Positions 29,047 to 39,095 of a stretch of 64,000 nt of DNA are shown in pieces. How positions within the stretch are numbered: the stretch's first letter is position 1; each line of letters opens with the position of its first letter. The notes under the pieces are model-generated. The model was not told the DNA's origin. It saw only the letters and a list, made by a program, of their open reading frames with translations, and did not search any database. Source of the stretch: an uncultured Nitrososphaerota archaeon (GTDB lineage: Archaea > Thermoproteota > Nitrososphaeria > Nitrososphaerales > CADDZS01); assembly GCA_963799845.1 (NCBI GenBank), contig CAWCYI010000006.1:224001-288000 (forward strand), written 5' to 3'. A program made the position numbers and the translations under genes.

Positions 29047-29820
29047 CTAAAGCATAACCGTTCCACCGTCAACAACAATCGTTTGTCCGGTTACGAAGCT
29101 CATATTGTCAGAAGCAAGAACGACGCAAACATTCGCAACCTCGCTCGGGTCCCCCCAGCGCTTCATCGGCGACTCTTGAGCCAAGATCTTCTGCTCTTGT
29201 GCCGAAAGGTTGTCGAACGTCGCGCTCGTCTTTATGTTTCCGGGAGCTATTGCGTACGACCTCACATTGTCCCCTCCGTACTCAGCCGCAATTTCCTTGA
29301 CTAGCCCCCTCACGGCAGATTTTGCCACTGTGTATACCCCTCCCTTGTTGTATCCGGAAATCGCGGGCGTCGATGAAAAGAGTATGATGACCCCATGCTT
29401 CTGTTGAACCATTAGCGGGAGCACGCCTTTCGCAAACCTAAATGAACCAAGAAGGTCGACGTTAAGGACTTCCTCAAAATCAGTATCATTCAGCTCGTGA
29501 AGCGGCTTATTCCAGAGCTCGTCCTGAAACGGATAGCCCGCCGCGCAAACGAGGACATCGACCCCACCCAAGAGCCTTATTGCGTCACTCGCTATCGAAG
29601 TACTTTTCGGGTCGGAGACATCACCTTGCAAAGTTACAATTCTTGATTCCCATTTGGATCTGATTTCTGTAGCGAGCTCGTCCAAGTCGCTCTTAGTGCG
29701 CGACACAACGCAGAGTTCAGCTCCATTTTCAGCGTATGCTAGAGAGATCGAACGGCCCATTCCTTTACCTGCTCCAGTAATGAGGGCTTTCTTTCCTTTC
29801 AGTAAGGTCTCCTTTTCCAA
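29047..29820 (-). CDS. Short-chain dehydrogenase/reductase
   Basis: TGAGKGMG, YTVAK (YxxxK), IAPG, GQTIVVDGG. Confidence 0.93.
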   Translation of the reverse strand: MEKETLLKGKKALITGAGKGMGRSISLAYAENGAELCVVSRTKSDLDELATEIRSKWESRIVTLQGDVSDPKSTSIASDAIRLLGGVDVLVCAAGYPFQDELWNKPLHELNDTDFEEVLNVDLLGSFRFAKGVLPLMVQQKHGVIILFSSTPAISGYNKGGVYTVAKSAVRGLVKEIAAEYGGDNVRSYAIAPGNIKTSATFDNLSAQEQKILAQESPMKRWGDPSEVANVCVVLASDNMSFVTGQTIVVDGGTVML

Positions 29821-29954
29821 ATTAGTCTACGGAAAGTTTCTGGCGACGCTATATAATTGGGTTGATCCTGATCAATTATCGCATACTTTGATCAGGGTAC
29901 TATTGGGAATTGTCAAACCTAATAACTGATATCAATAGTGCTTGAGCCCGAATT

Positions 29955-30597
29955 ATGAAACCAAGAAGCATCGTAATGCTGTCTGGTGGACTAGATTCCG
30001 CAGTAGCACTCTTCTGGTCGATAAATAAAGGTCATGAAGTAGAGACTCTCACCTTTGACTATTTTCGTAGGAGTCAACGAGAAATACAGGCCTGCATAGC
30101 CCTCTCCGATTTCGTAAATTGCTCAAACCGAAGGATCGATCTTGAATTTCTGAAGGAAATTGACGATAACAAGAAGGAGACCCGGAATAGTAAGCTGTCG
30201 AAGGCGCAAAGTGCATATGTTCCTTGCAGAAATGTAATCTATTATGGTATCGCGGCTTCGTTCGCCGAGATTTCGAATGCTCGGTATATCGTAGGCGGTC
30301 ACAATAAGAACGACTCGGAGAACTTTCCCGACTCCTCGCCGAAGTTCTTTGATTCGTTTAACAGGACTATAACAATCGGGAGGTTCACCGGCGATCTAAC
30401 TGGGAAAGTAATCCTGCCGTTCGCGAAGCTTGACAAGAGTGAAGTGATCAAGCTGAGGATCGCGTTTGAACGTACCGTTTGAATTGACATGGAGCTGCTA
30501 CACCTCGGACAAGACGCCCTGTAATAAGTGCCTCTCTTGTAGGTTAAGGGCCGAAGCATTTGAAAAGGCGGAGCTGCCAGACCCGCTTCTCCGTTAA
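29955..30597 (+). CDS. queC: 7-cyano-7-deazaguanine synthase (1-bp insertion near 30455)
   Basis: SGGLDS, YVPCRN, FPD; the Zn motif TWSCY...PCNKCLSC..R continues in the +1 frame to TAA at 30595-30597. Confidence 0.9.
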
Positions 30598-31226
30598 GGG
30601 GAGCTCATGAATTTTATGAACTCTTCCCTAGTCATCTTTTGCAGGGTGTAATTTTTTTCGAATTGTTCTCCCAGGGTCGAGCTTGGCTTGTCACCATAGT
30701 CGTGTCCCGGATAAACTACCAGGGATCGGTTCAAAGAGCGCAGTTTTTCGAAACTGTCGAAAAGCAGATTTGCATCTCCGCCGGGTAGATCTACCCTTCC
30801 ACACTCACCGATAAACAGAGTGTCACCTGTGATGAGCCCAAAGTCGTTTACCTGGATGCACATACTTTCGGGAGAATGTCCGGGCGTGTGGATGAATTTG
30901 AGTGTAATTTTATCTCCAATCGGAAGCTTGAAGTCATCACTAATGGCTATGTCCTTCATTGCTAGAGATGATTCGTGCATAATCACTTTAGCGCCGGTAC
31001 GTTCCTTCATTTCGGGGTTCCCTTGAATATGGTCGAAGTGCGCATGGGTATTGATAATGTACTCAAGTTGAAGATTCTTATTGCGCAACCTCGAGCATAA
31101 TGATTCGATTTCCCACGCAGGATCAAAAATGACGGCTCGTGAAGTAGTTTTGTCCGCCAAGAGATAAGAAAAATTCCTGTAAGAACCTACGGGTATCTGT
31201 TCGAAAAGAATTTTGGATTCGTTCAT
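30594..31226 (-). CDS. MBL-fold hydrolase (glyoxalase II-like)
   Basis: THAHFDH, TPGHS, TGDTLF, YPGHDY. Confidence 0.92.
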   Translation of the reverse strand: MNESKILFEQIPVGSYRNFSYLLADKTTSRAVIFDPAWEIESLCSRLRNKNLQLEYIINTHAHFDHIQGNPEMKERTGAKVIMHESSLAMKDIAISDDFKLPIGDKITLKFIHTPGHSPESMCIQVNDFGLITGDTLFIGECGRVDLPGGDANLLFDSFEKLRSLNRSLVVYPGHDYGDKPSSTLGEQFEKNYTLQKMTREEFIKFMSSP

Positions 31227-31942
31227 TCGGGTATCCCAATATTTGCTATGAGGATTCTTCCACAGCTTTGTGTTGCTCTCTCGTCCTTGAACATTCCTAC
31301 TTTGGGGGCATGCATCGTAATAGTGTAGTCGGATTGAACGACCGTACTTGCGAATCCCGAATCCGCCTCTAGCCCTGAAGGAATGTCGACGCTGATTTTG
31401 ATCGCTCCACCCTTCTTGTTGATCAGTTCTATTACTTGCCTTTGGAGTCCACGGGCCTCGCCTCTAAAACCCGTTCCGAAAATCCCTATGACGACGATGT
31501 GGGCTTGATTTAAAATATCGCTGAATATTGTTAGCATCGCCTCCGAATCAATCACTAATACTTCGACGGAACGTGATTTCTTGAGTATATTGAAATTAGA
31601 TTTCGTTGATTCACCTTTGAAATCAACTTCTGAGCCAATCAGGGCCACGGAAACTTGGAAGGAATCATCCCAATAAGCCAAATGCCGAGCCACAACAAAT
31701 GCGTCGCCTCCATTGTTGCCTGTTCCGCCGACAAGAAATACCCTGGTTCTGGTCGTTCTAACGGGATTGAATTGAGCAGAATTCTGAAAAATGAAATCGG
31801 CAACACTGCTTCCCGCATTTTCCATCATCAAATTCTTGGAAATGCCTAATCGTTCTCCATCGTCTTCTATTTCTTTCATTTTTGCGGTTGGAACGGCAAT
31901 TCTGTCGCTTGCCTCCAACAGTCCGCTCGTCGAAATTTCCAA
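31223..31942 (-). CDS. nnrE: NAD(P)H-hydrate epimerase (YjeF_N)
   Basis: LMMENAG, GNNGGD, FGTG, VDIPSG. Confidence 0.92.
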   Translation of the reverse strand: MEISTSGLLEASDRIAVPTAKMKEIEDDGERLGISKNLMMENAGSSVADFIFQNSAQFNPVRTTRTRVFLVGGTGNNGGDAFVVARHLAYWDDSFQVSVALIGSEVDFKGESTKSNFNILKKSRSVEVLVIDSEAMLTIFSDILNQAHIVVIGIFGTGFRGEARGLQRQVIELINKKGGAIKISVDIPSGLEADSGFASTVVQSDYTITMHAPKVGMFKDERATQSCGRILIANIGIPE

Positions 31943-32012
31943 CTTGAGTTTCTCAATTTGAAAGAGACATCAAAACTGATTTAATCATCTCGGTTAGAAA
32001 ATCCAGAAACTG

Positions 32013-32513
32013 TTGGGATCAAATATCTTGTCGGAACGGGAGGCGCGAACTGTACGAGAGTCGGCTCTCGAAAGTGTTCATTTGATGATGCCCCAGGACG
32101 CCAATATTCAAGGTAATGTCTACGGCGGGACGATAATGAAGCTGATGGACGAGATTGCGGGTTCAGTAGCTGTTCTTCACTCGAGAAAAAATGCTGTTAC
32201 TGCGTCAGTCGATCAAATGAGTTTCTACGAGCCAGTCTACATCGGGAATCTGTTGATTTTGAAAGCCAGCGTAAACTATGTTGGGAACACGTCTATGGAA
32301 ATCGGAGTAAGGATCGAAACCCGGGATTTGAAAACTGGAAATATCCTCCATACAGGTTCATCATATCTAACCTTTGTTGCGCTTGATGAATCGGGCAAGC
32401 CCACCCAGATCGCGAGGGTCATTCCGGAAACTCCGGAAGAAAAAAGAAGGTATGTAGAAGGAAAAGCTAGAAGAGATCATAGATTATCCGAGTCGGTCAA
32501 GAATAAGGTCTAA
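32013..32513 (+). CDS. Acyl-CoA thioesterase (hotdog fold, YciA-like)
   Basis: DAN..GNVYGG.IMKLMD, VTAS, TSMEIGV, TFVALD. Confidence 0.93.
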   Translation: MGSNILSEREARTVRESALESVHLMMPQDANIQGNVYGGTIMKLMDEIAGSVAVLHSRKNAVTASVDQMSFYEPVYIGNLLILKASVNYVGNTSMEIGVRIETRDLKTGNILHTGSSYLTFVALDESGKPTQIARVIPETPEEKRRYVEGKARRDHRLSESVKNKV

Positions 32514-32665
32514 TGCCTAATACATCGTCGAGAGACTTGTAGCTTGGGTTCTCAAGAAAAGGATTTTTTGAAACTTCCGATATTGTGTAAGAAGCACAGC
32601 ACGGAAAAGGATATTACGTAAGAGAATAGGGTTAGGATACCTCCCAGCCACGTGTATCCGCAAAC

Positions 32666-32824
32666 TTGGAATTCAGATGTTATTTTTGTGACGAAATCAA
32701 GAACGAAGAGCCATACTTTTTCGAGCTATCGAGTCAAAAAAAGGAGCCAGTTTGTAAGAGATGTCACGAAAAGATGGAGGTCGTGAGACGGCTCAAAGAG
32801 GAACCGGAGGAACGGAAGAAGTGA
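32666..32824 (+). CDS. Small CxxC...CxxC zinc-finger protein (52 aa, absent from the ORF track)
   Basis: TTG-start ORF MEFRCYFCDEIKNEEPYFFELSSQKKEPVCKRCHEKMEVVRRLKEEPEERKK. Confidence 0.6.
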   Translation: MEFRCYFCDEIKNEEPYFFELSSQKKEPVCKRCHEKMEVVRRLKEEPEERKK

Positions 32825-33131
32825 CGGAAATCTCGTTGGCTATTCTCTGTTTCCTCACAACAAGTTTCTGAAGCTTGCCCCTTTTCCTGTAATACCAGAC
32901 CTCGGCAATACCATCATAAGCGTCTCCCCATGACCTCAGGATTTCTGTATCCCCCTTTTTCATTCTGGATGATCCGCTTTTGACCTGTATCAACCGAACT
33001 ACGCCATCTTTTGCTGCAAAAACATCCACGGGGCCGTGCGACATTGCACTACGGCTGCAAAACCAGCCTTCGGCTCTTAATCTGTGCATGGTTTCGTACT
33101 CCCTGCTTCTTCCTCGGGTGTAGTTGGTCAT
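32793..33131 (-). CDS. hjc: Holliday junction resolvase Hjc-like nuclease
   Basis: Y.RG..RE, RSAMS.GPVD, LIQVK; start ATG 33131. Confidence 0.8.
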   Translation of the reverse strand: MTNYTRGRSREYETMHRLRAEGWFCSRSAMSHGPVDVFAAKDGVVRLIQVKSGSSRMKKGDTEILRSWGDAYDGIAEVWYYRKRGKLQKLVVRKQRIANEISVTSSVPPVPL

Positions 33132-33162
33132 CTTCGCGCCGACCCTCGGATTTGGTTGCTTA

Positions 33163-33570
33163 TTATTCTTCGTCATCTTCAGATGGAGCAGCGGGTCTAG
33201 CGTCTGCCTCAGCATCGAGTTTCTCAGCGGACAACAACTCAAACTTGTAAATGCTGTCCATGTCGAGGCTGAATTTTTCTTTGAGAAAAGAAACTACCTT
33301 GGAGTCAAGAGTGGCTTTAGAAGCTTTGAACTTGAACAAGTACACAATCCCCAGTTCAAGAGTGTCGGCAATGATTTCTGGAGACAAATCCAACGTCGCG
33401 ATGTATCTTCCCTCCGGTAGTTTTTCGTAAAATTGGACATCGACCTTCTTTTCATCTTTATTAATATCAAGAATATAACCGGAACCCGACCACTCTTCTT
33501 CATGATCGAATTTAGCATTGCGAATTTCTTCTGCCACCCACTTTGGTACGTTCTCTGTTGCCATAATCAA
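33163..33570 (-). CDS. Hypothetical protein (acidic, beta-rich)
   Basis: Clean ORF upstream of hjc; resembles conserved thaumarchaeal hypotheticals (from memory); start could be 33564. Confidence 0.75.
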   Translation of the reverse strand: MIMATENVPKWVAEEIRNAKFDHEEEWSGSGYILDINKDEKKVDVQFYEKLPEGRYIATLDLSPEIIADTLELGIVYLFKFKASKATLDSKVVSFLKEKFSLDMDSIYKFELLSAEKLDAEADARPAAPSEDDEE

Positions 33571-33716
33571 GCCGCTCTACATTAGGAATAATGGACACTG
33601 GGCCTAACCTCAAGTTAAATAAAATTGTTGAATCAGAATCCAATCAGGTCAAGGCATCAGTGGGATCGGAGCTAAACAATTAAATCAAGTTCGACCTGTC
33701 TCGTAATTAGTATCGG

Positions 33717-34358
33717 ATGATTTACTCTGGAGTAGAAACCTCGCTCTCAGAAATTAAGAAGCTTTTTGAGACCACAGTTAATCGGCGTGAACAACTAATC
33801 AAGGAATCTAGGGAAGTTATTTCTCTTTCTTCCAAATCAATTGTTTGCATCCACAATTCAAAGTTTGACGAAGCAAAAAAACTTCAGAAGCAAGCGATGC
33901 GGAAATTGGTCTATCTTCGAGAAATTGCTGGTTCCGATATGGTTCGCTACATTATTCCATCCGAACAGGAACTCGTAGAATGCTCCGTTGTTCTTGCACT
34001 TTCAACTGGCGATGACATTCCTTCCAGAAAACAACTCAAGGTTGAAAATAGTTCATACATTTTGGGACTGCTTGACACGATAGGGGAACTAAAGAGAATG
34101 GTCTACGACACAATAAGGGTCGCAGAATTCGAAAAAGCCGAGAGACTATTCTCCATAATGCAGCAACTCTATCTTTTGCTATCACCATTTTCCACATACG
34201 ATCATGTAGCCCAGGGAGTAAAGAGAAAACTTGACGTCGCGAGGATTCTAATTGAAGATACCCGTGGGACTGTCACAGAAGAGGCCAGGCGTCGCGAGCT
34301 GATCAATGCAGTAAGTCAACTAGGTATTCAGCTCGATCAGCATTCTAGGGCGAGCTAA
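33717..34358 (+). CDS. Translin family protein
   Basis: RE.LIK.SRE, QELVE, YILGLLDTIGELKR, KRKLDVAR. Confidence 0.88.
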   Translation: MIYSGVETSLSEIKKLFETTVNRREQLIKESREVISLSSKSIVCIHNSKFDEAKKLQKQAMRKLVYLREIAGSDMVRYIIPSEQELVECSVVLALSTGDDIPSRKQLKVENSSYILGLLDTIGELKRMVYDTIRVAEFEKAERLFSIMQQLYLLLSPFSTYDHVAQGVKRKLDVARILIEDTRGTVTEEARRRELINAVSQLGIQLDQHSRAS

Positions 34359-34493
34359 CTAGATATGATTAATTTCTATCGTGCTAGTTGCAAACAGGAA
34401 CGTGACACAATTAGTGATTCAATTCTACCTCCATTCTTGAATATCTGGATTCTACCTCAACTTGTGAAACAGAAAGAGAGGAGCTGAGAAATT

Positions 34494-35183
34494 TTGTTGA
34501 AAGCCTCGTACATACCCACCTTGTTGGAGCTATTGGAGCTTGGAGTGAAGGATCGTCCAGTATTCATAACTACAACCGAACTTGGAAAAAAACTTGGAAA
34601 ATCGCAACAACTAGCCTCGAAACACCTTGAGGAAATGGAAAGAGAAGGCATGATTGAGAGAATCAGGAGTGGCGGAAAGACTTACGTGAAACTTACGAAG
34701 AAGGGCGTCTCTTCGGGAGCAATGCTGTACTCGTCGTTGTCCAGGGTATTTGGGAATGAAGAGGAAAAATTGAACGTAGTTGGGACAGTTTTTTCGGGTC
34801 TGGGTGAAGGCGCTTACTATATTTCCATGAAAGGCTACAAGAAACAGTTCATCACGAAACTCGGTTTTGAGCCGTTCCCTGGGACAATGAACCTCCGCCT
34901 CGACTCTCCAGTTTACAGAAAGATCCGCCGTGATCTTGGATCCTTGAAAGGAATCCATATCGACGGTTTCAATGATGGAAAGCGAACTTTTGGGGGAGCC
35001 GAATGTTTCAGAGCCTTGTTAAATGGAAAAGTTGAAGGAGCAGTTCTTATCATTGAAAGAACAACCCATGACGACTCAGTTCTAGAGATAATTTCTCCGG
35101 TGAATCTACGAGAGCAATTCAAACTAAAAGATGGAGATGAATTGAAAGTGACGATTTCTCTGGAAAACTCAAAAGCCACTTAA
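34494..35183 (+). CDS. ribK: CTP-dependent riboflavin kinase with N-terminal wHTH (RbkR)
   Basis: HTH SQQLASKHL; SGLGEGAYY, PFPGTMN, RTFG, ERTTH, EIISP. Confidence 0.93.
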   Translation: MLKASYIPTLLELLELGVKDRPVFITTTELGKKLGKSQQLASKHLEEMEREGMIERIRSGGKTYVKLTKKGVSSGAMLYSSLSRVFGNEEEKLNVVGTVFSGLGEGAYYISMKGYKKQFITKLGFEPFPGTMNLRLDSPVYRKIRRDLGSLKGIHIDGFNDGKRTFGGAECFRALLNGKVEGAVLIIERTTHDDSVLEIISPVNLREQFKLKDGDELKVTISLENSKAT

Positions 35184-35822
35184 CGATTCTGGATTTTGGT
35201 TAACTATCGAAGTAGTCTTGATATTTGGATTCGAGGTTCCGAGTCTAACCACTCTGGTGGATAATCCATGTCTATGGATTTCTTCCGAAATCTTTGCTTC
35301 GCTATGAAACTGGTCGTACCCCAAGGCAATTATGTCGGGTCTCAATAAAATAACAGTCTCGAAAATATCGGTCTCACTCCCGAGTACGGCTACATCTACG
35401 ACCCTCAGGCCCGAAACGAGCTCCTTCCGAAGAATTTCACTGTGTTGTGGTTTGCGTTTCTTGTTTCTTTCATAAGTCGAATCTCGAGCCACAGAGACAA
35501 CCAGGACATCCCCGAGCGACTTTGCCTGCTTGAGAGTTTCAAGATGACCTGGGTGGATGATGTCAAATGCACCGCCTGCCATTACGACGACAATCATGTT
35601 TCTACCTAATTCTGTAAGTTGTGGCTTGCTCTTCGTGTTTCGGATAAGACCTTTCTCTTCCAGCTTGGAAAGTTCCTCTTTAAGGTGAGACGAATCGGTC
35701 AACAACATCTCCGCCAGGAAATCAATCGAAGATTCCTCTTTACTCACAAATTGCAATGCATAGATTTTGGCGAGTAAACACTTGTCGCGTGCGTCAAGTT
35801 GCATCTTAGGTGAACTAGTCAA
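35169..35822 (-). CDS. ribL: FAD synthetase with N-terminal wHTH-like domain
   Basis: GGAFDIIHPGH, VVSVARD, PDIIALGYDQ. Confidence 0.88.
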   Translation of the reverse strand: MTSSPKMQLDARDKCLLAKIYALQFVSKEESSIDFLAEMLLTDSSHLKEELSKLEEKGLIRNTKSKPQLTELGRNMIVVVMAGGAFDIIHPGHLETLKQAKSLGDVLVVSVARDSTYERNKKRKPQHSEILRKELVSGLRVVDVAVLGSETDIFETVILLRPDIIALGYDQFHSEAKISEEIHRHGLSTRVVRLGTSNPNIKTTSIVNQNPESLSGF

Positions 35823-35856
35823 CTCGTTTTATCTTGCCATTCCTTAAACATGCTTG

Positions 35857-36597
35857 TTAGACTAAGGAAATGAAAATAGAAACATAAATGCCAAGACTTA
35901 ATCCTGCCGCCACAATTATTAGAATGACATAATCACTTTTTGAGAGGACAGGTCTGTAAAGTGAGGTCGGTCTTTTTGTTGCTCCGTAAGCCCTTGAATC
36001 CATTGCTTCTGCAAGATCTAGACTTCTGTTCAAAGCAACTGCTATCAGCGGCACAATGATGGGTATCGAATTTCTGAGGCGCCTCACGAAATTGCCCTTG
36101 TCAAATTCCAATCCCCTTGAACGCTGTGCGTCCATTATCTGGAGTGCGTCGAGCATCAAAACTGGTACGAATCTAATCGCGATGACAAAAATCATCACAA
36201 AATCAGAAGGCAATCTGAACCACTTCATCACCTGCTCAAGTTCATCTGGGGTAGTGGTGAGAAAAAAAAGGGAGGTCGAGGAAATCACGGCAAACAATCG
36301 GATTCCGAAGACTACCGCGTCGTGCGGGGATCCCGGTTTGAAATAATAATTCAATCCAAATGCGACCAATGATATTGCGGCTGTTAGTATCATAGACCTC
36401 GCAAATCGGTGGAATATTTTGGCAGCGGAGACAATCGCTAGAATTATAGCGACCAACAGTAACAGCAATATAATGCTGTGACTCAGGAGAGAAACAGTAA
36501 AAATGCTCAGCGTAATCGATAGTCTGACCCTAGGATCCAAGCGATGATAGAACGTCTTTCCTCTGACGAATAGGAATCCGGAAGCAATCCACTGCAA
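35857..36597 (-). CDS. ecfT: ECF transporter transmembrane T component
   Basis: LDPR, RFVP, AQRSRG, AMDSRAY. Confidence 0.93.
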   Translation of the reverse strand: MQWIASGFLFVRGKTFYHRLDPRVRLSITLSIFTVSLLSHSIILLLLLVAIILAIVSAAKIFHRFARSMILTAAISLVAFGLNYYFKPGSPHDAVVFGIRLFAVISSTSLFFLTTTPDELEQVMKWFRLPSDFVMIFVIAIRFVPVLMLDALQIMDAQRSRGLEFDKGNFVRRLRNSIPIIVPLIAVALNRSLDLAEAMDSRAYGATKRPTSLYRPVLSKSDYVILIIVAAGLSLGIYVSIFISLV

Positions 36598-36615
36598 TTT
36601 TCTTCGCCTAAAAAA

Positions 36616-37452
36616 TCAACTTAGAATTCGTTGCTCGGCCTCTTCCGTGTTAATGGGATACGGTTTCGACCACTCCATCTTCTTCGCAAAGTCGATCAGC
36701 TGAGGCGATATGATGCTAGACCTTTTCATCAGCATCTCGTCGGATAAGACGTTTTGAGGTGATCCATCTGCGACAATCTCCCCGCTTGACATCAAAATTG
36801 TCCTCGGCTGGAGCGGCCAAACAAATTCAACGTCGTGGGTTACAAGTATAACGTTCTTCTTTTGACTCAACAAAAGTCTAATGATCTGATCCAGTTTCTC
36901 TTTTTGTTCAGAATCCTGACCAACGGTTGGTTCGTCCAAAATCAAGATATCAGGATCCCAAGAAAGGACTAGAGCGAAGCACAGCCGCTTTTTTTCGCCG
37001 CCGCTTAGTTCCATCGGAGAGCGTTCTGCATATTCTCTCAGGGAGAAAGTGTCAAGTGCCCAGTCAATCCTCTTTTTCAGAAAATCATTTGTAAAGCCGA
37101 AGTTCTTCAAGGCGAATTCAATTTCTTTTGTCACAGTCTGCGCGAACAATTGGTTGTTCGGATTTTGAAATACGATCCCGACCCTTCGCGACAAAAGTGC
37201 TGGCGTGCTAAACTTGGTATCTTGGCCGAAAACTCTTACTCTCCCGTGTGTCGGCTTCAAGAGCCCGTTAATGTGCCTCACCAGCGTGCTTTTCCCCGCG
37301 CCATTAGCACCGAGTATTGCAACAAGTTCTGACTGAACGATGTTGAAACTGACCTTTCGAAGTGCAATCGTTCCATTTGGATGACTATAGTCAACATGTT
37401 CGAACGAGACTACGGACTGGATCGCTTCGTATGAGGACTTGATGGACTCCAT
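36616..37452 (-). CDS. ecfA2: ECF transporter ATPase
   Basis: GANGAGKS, VFQNP, LSGGEKK, LDEPTVGQD. Confidence 0.93.
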   Translation of the reverse strand: MESIKSSYEAIQSVVSFEHVDYSHPNGTIALRKVSFNIVQSELVAILGANGAGKSTLVRHINGLLKPTHGRVRVFGQDTKFSTPALLSRRVGIVFQNPNNQLFAQTVTKEIEFALKNFGFTNDFLKKRIDWALDTFSLREYAERSPMELSGGEKKRLCFALVLSWDPDILILDEPTVGQDSEQKEKLDQIIRLLLSQKKNVILVTHDVEFVWPLQPRTILMSSGEIVADGSPQNVLSDEMLMKRSSIISPQLIDFAKKMEWSKPYPINTEEAEQRILS

Positions 37453-37510
37453 TCCCTAATTTTCCTGTTTCGATATTGATTCACTTTTTTCCCCTAGACA
37501 ATCAATCGAA

Positions 37511-38389
37511 TTATTTTGAAACTAACTTTGCTCTTAGTTCCAATGAATCTAGAGGAAGGTCGCTTCCGCTAATCCCGAGTCTCTTCGCTAGTTTTACAAT
37601 TGTGGGCTCAGTGACGCCGTAACTAGAAATTTCAGTCTCAGAAAGGACATCTCTGGTCATTCCTTCGATCACAACGGCACCCTCTTCCATGACAATAATT
37701 CTGTCGCAGATTTTCGATACGAGATCCAGCCTATGTTCCACAATTAGCACCGTGATCCCAAGTTCGTTTCGGATTTTCTGGATCTGTTGAACAAGCGTGC
37801 TTGCGGTAAAAGGATCAAGCAACGAAGTGGGCTCATCAAGAATTAGAATCTTGGGTTTCATAGCGATGACCCCAGCTATCGCAACCCTTTGTTTCTGGCC
37901 ATCCGATAGCTCATGAGGTGCTCTCAAAGCGAGATGTCGAATTTGAAGAAGATCCATTGCCCAGTCAACCCGCTGCCGAATTTCCTCCGCGGGAAGGCCC
38001 AAATTTTCCAATCCAAATCCAATGTCTCGTTCTACAGAAAACATGAAAATTTGATTTTCCGGATTTTGAAAAATGTAGCCGACTCTAACCGAGAGATCTC
38101 TCATGCTGGTTCCAGCGACTGAAAGGCCGTCTATTAATACCTCGCCTGAATAATCGCCGTTGTGCTGATGCGGAATCAGCCCATTGATTGCACGCAGAAG
38201 CGTACTTTTGCCGGAACCTGAATGACCTGCAATCAATACGATTTCTTTTTCGGCAATCTGGATGTTTATTTTGTCCAAAACAAAATTTTTGGATCCAGCG
38301 TACCTAAAAGAGAGATTCTTCACAACCACCAAAGTGGACTCGTTAGATTGAAGCAGCTGGTTGCTGAGAGTTGAATCATTTTTGCTCAT
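37511..38389 (-). CDS. ecfA1: ECF transporter ATPase
   Basis: GHSGSGKS, FQNPENQ, LSDGQKQR, LDEPTS. Confidence 0.93.
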   Translation of the reverse strand: MSKNDSTLSNQLLQSNESTLVVVKNLSFRYAGSKNFVLDKINIQIAEKEIVLIAGHSGSGKSTLLRAINGLIPHQHNGDYSGEVLIDGLSVAGTSMRDLSVRVGYIFQNPENQIFMFSVERDIGFGLENLGLPAEEIRQRVDWAMDLLQIRHLALRAPHELSDGQKQRVAIAGVIAMKPKILILDEPTSLLDPFTASTLVQQIQKIRNELGITVLIVEHRLDLVSKICDRIIVMEEGAVVIEGMTRDVLSETEISSYGVTEPTIVKLAKRLGISGSDLPLDSLELRAKLVSK

Positions 38390-38419
38390 TAGAAATCAGT
38401 TTGTGATGCCATTCTCATA

Positions 38420-39049
38420 TCATTTCTTGGCGACAGACTCCGGTAGAGGATACGCCATCTTGAAATGAATTCGTTTGGTGATCGCCTTCACTGAAGCATA
38501 GCCCAACGGAACCGTATACAGTGCGAGGGTTGCATTAAAAAATGCAATTAACGGTAAAATCGTAATTACATAAGAATCCGGAGTGCTAAATCCAAGCGGT
38601 GGCGGAAACGGCAACAATCCGTAATTCACGATGGACATCACAGAAGTTCTGATAACGATAGCAAGGCCTGTCGCGAAGGCTATCTCCACCGAAAGCGAAA
38701 CTTTCATACCCGAAGAGATTCTGTGACCCAGAGCAATTGCGATAAGAGTAACCGTAACAGCTATCAGATTGTAGAGAGGACCAGCCGCTAGAGCACCGGG
38801 GTTCACCAGTACCAACACTATCGCATTAATGATCGAAGCGATAATGCTCGCAGAGAGCCCGAAAATTAGAAGACAGGCCACTATCGGAATTTCCCAAATC
38901 TCGTAGATCAGAAAATAAAGATAGGGAGCGGGGACTTGGACATGAGCCAAATTCAAGACAAGCGCAAGAGCAGAAAAAAGAGCGATTCCGGTCATCGTTT
39001 GAGTTTTTGACCGAGTCGTTATTTGTTGGACTTCGTCGGTTTGGCCCAT
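38420..39049 (-). CDS. ECF transporter S component (possibly riboflavin)
   Basis: About six TM helices, AxxxA in TM1, P..YFL.YE..EIP; adjacent to ecfAAT and ribK/ribL. Confidence 0.85.
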   Translation of the reverse strand: MGQTDEVQQITTRSKTQTMTGIALFSALALVLNLAHVQVPAPYLYFLIYEIWEIPIVACLLIFGLSASIIASIINAIVLVLVNPGALAAGPLYNLIAVTVTLIAIALGHRISSGMKVSLSVEIAFATGLAIVIRTSVMSIVNYGLLPFPPPLGFSTPDSYVITILPLIAFFNATLALYTVPLGYASVKAITKRIHFKMAYPLPESVAKK

Positions 39050-39095
39050 AGTTGAGAAAAAAGGATCAAATCGTGTAATAAATTTATTGTAATGA

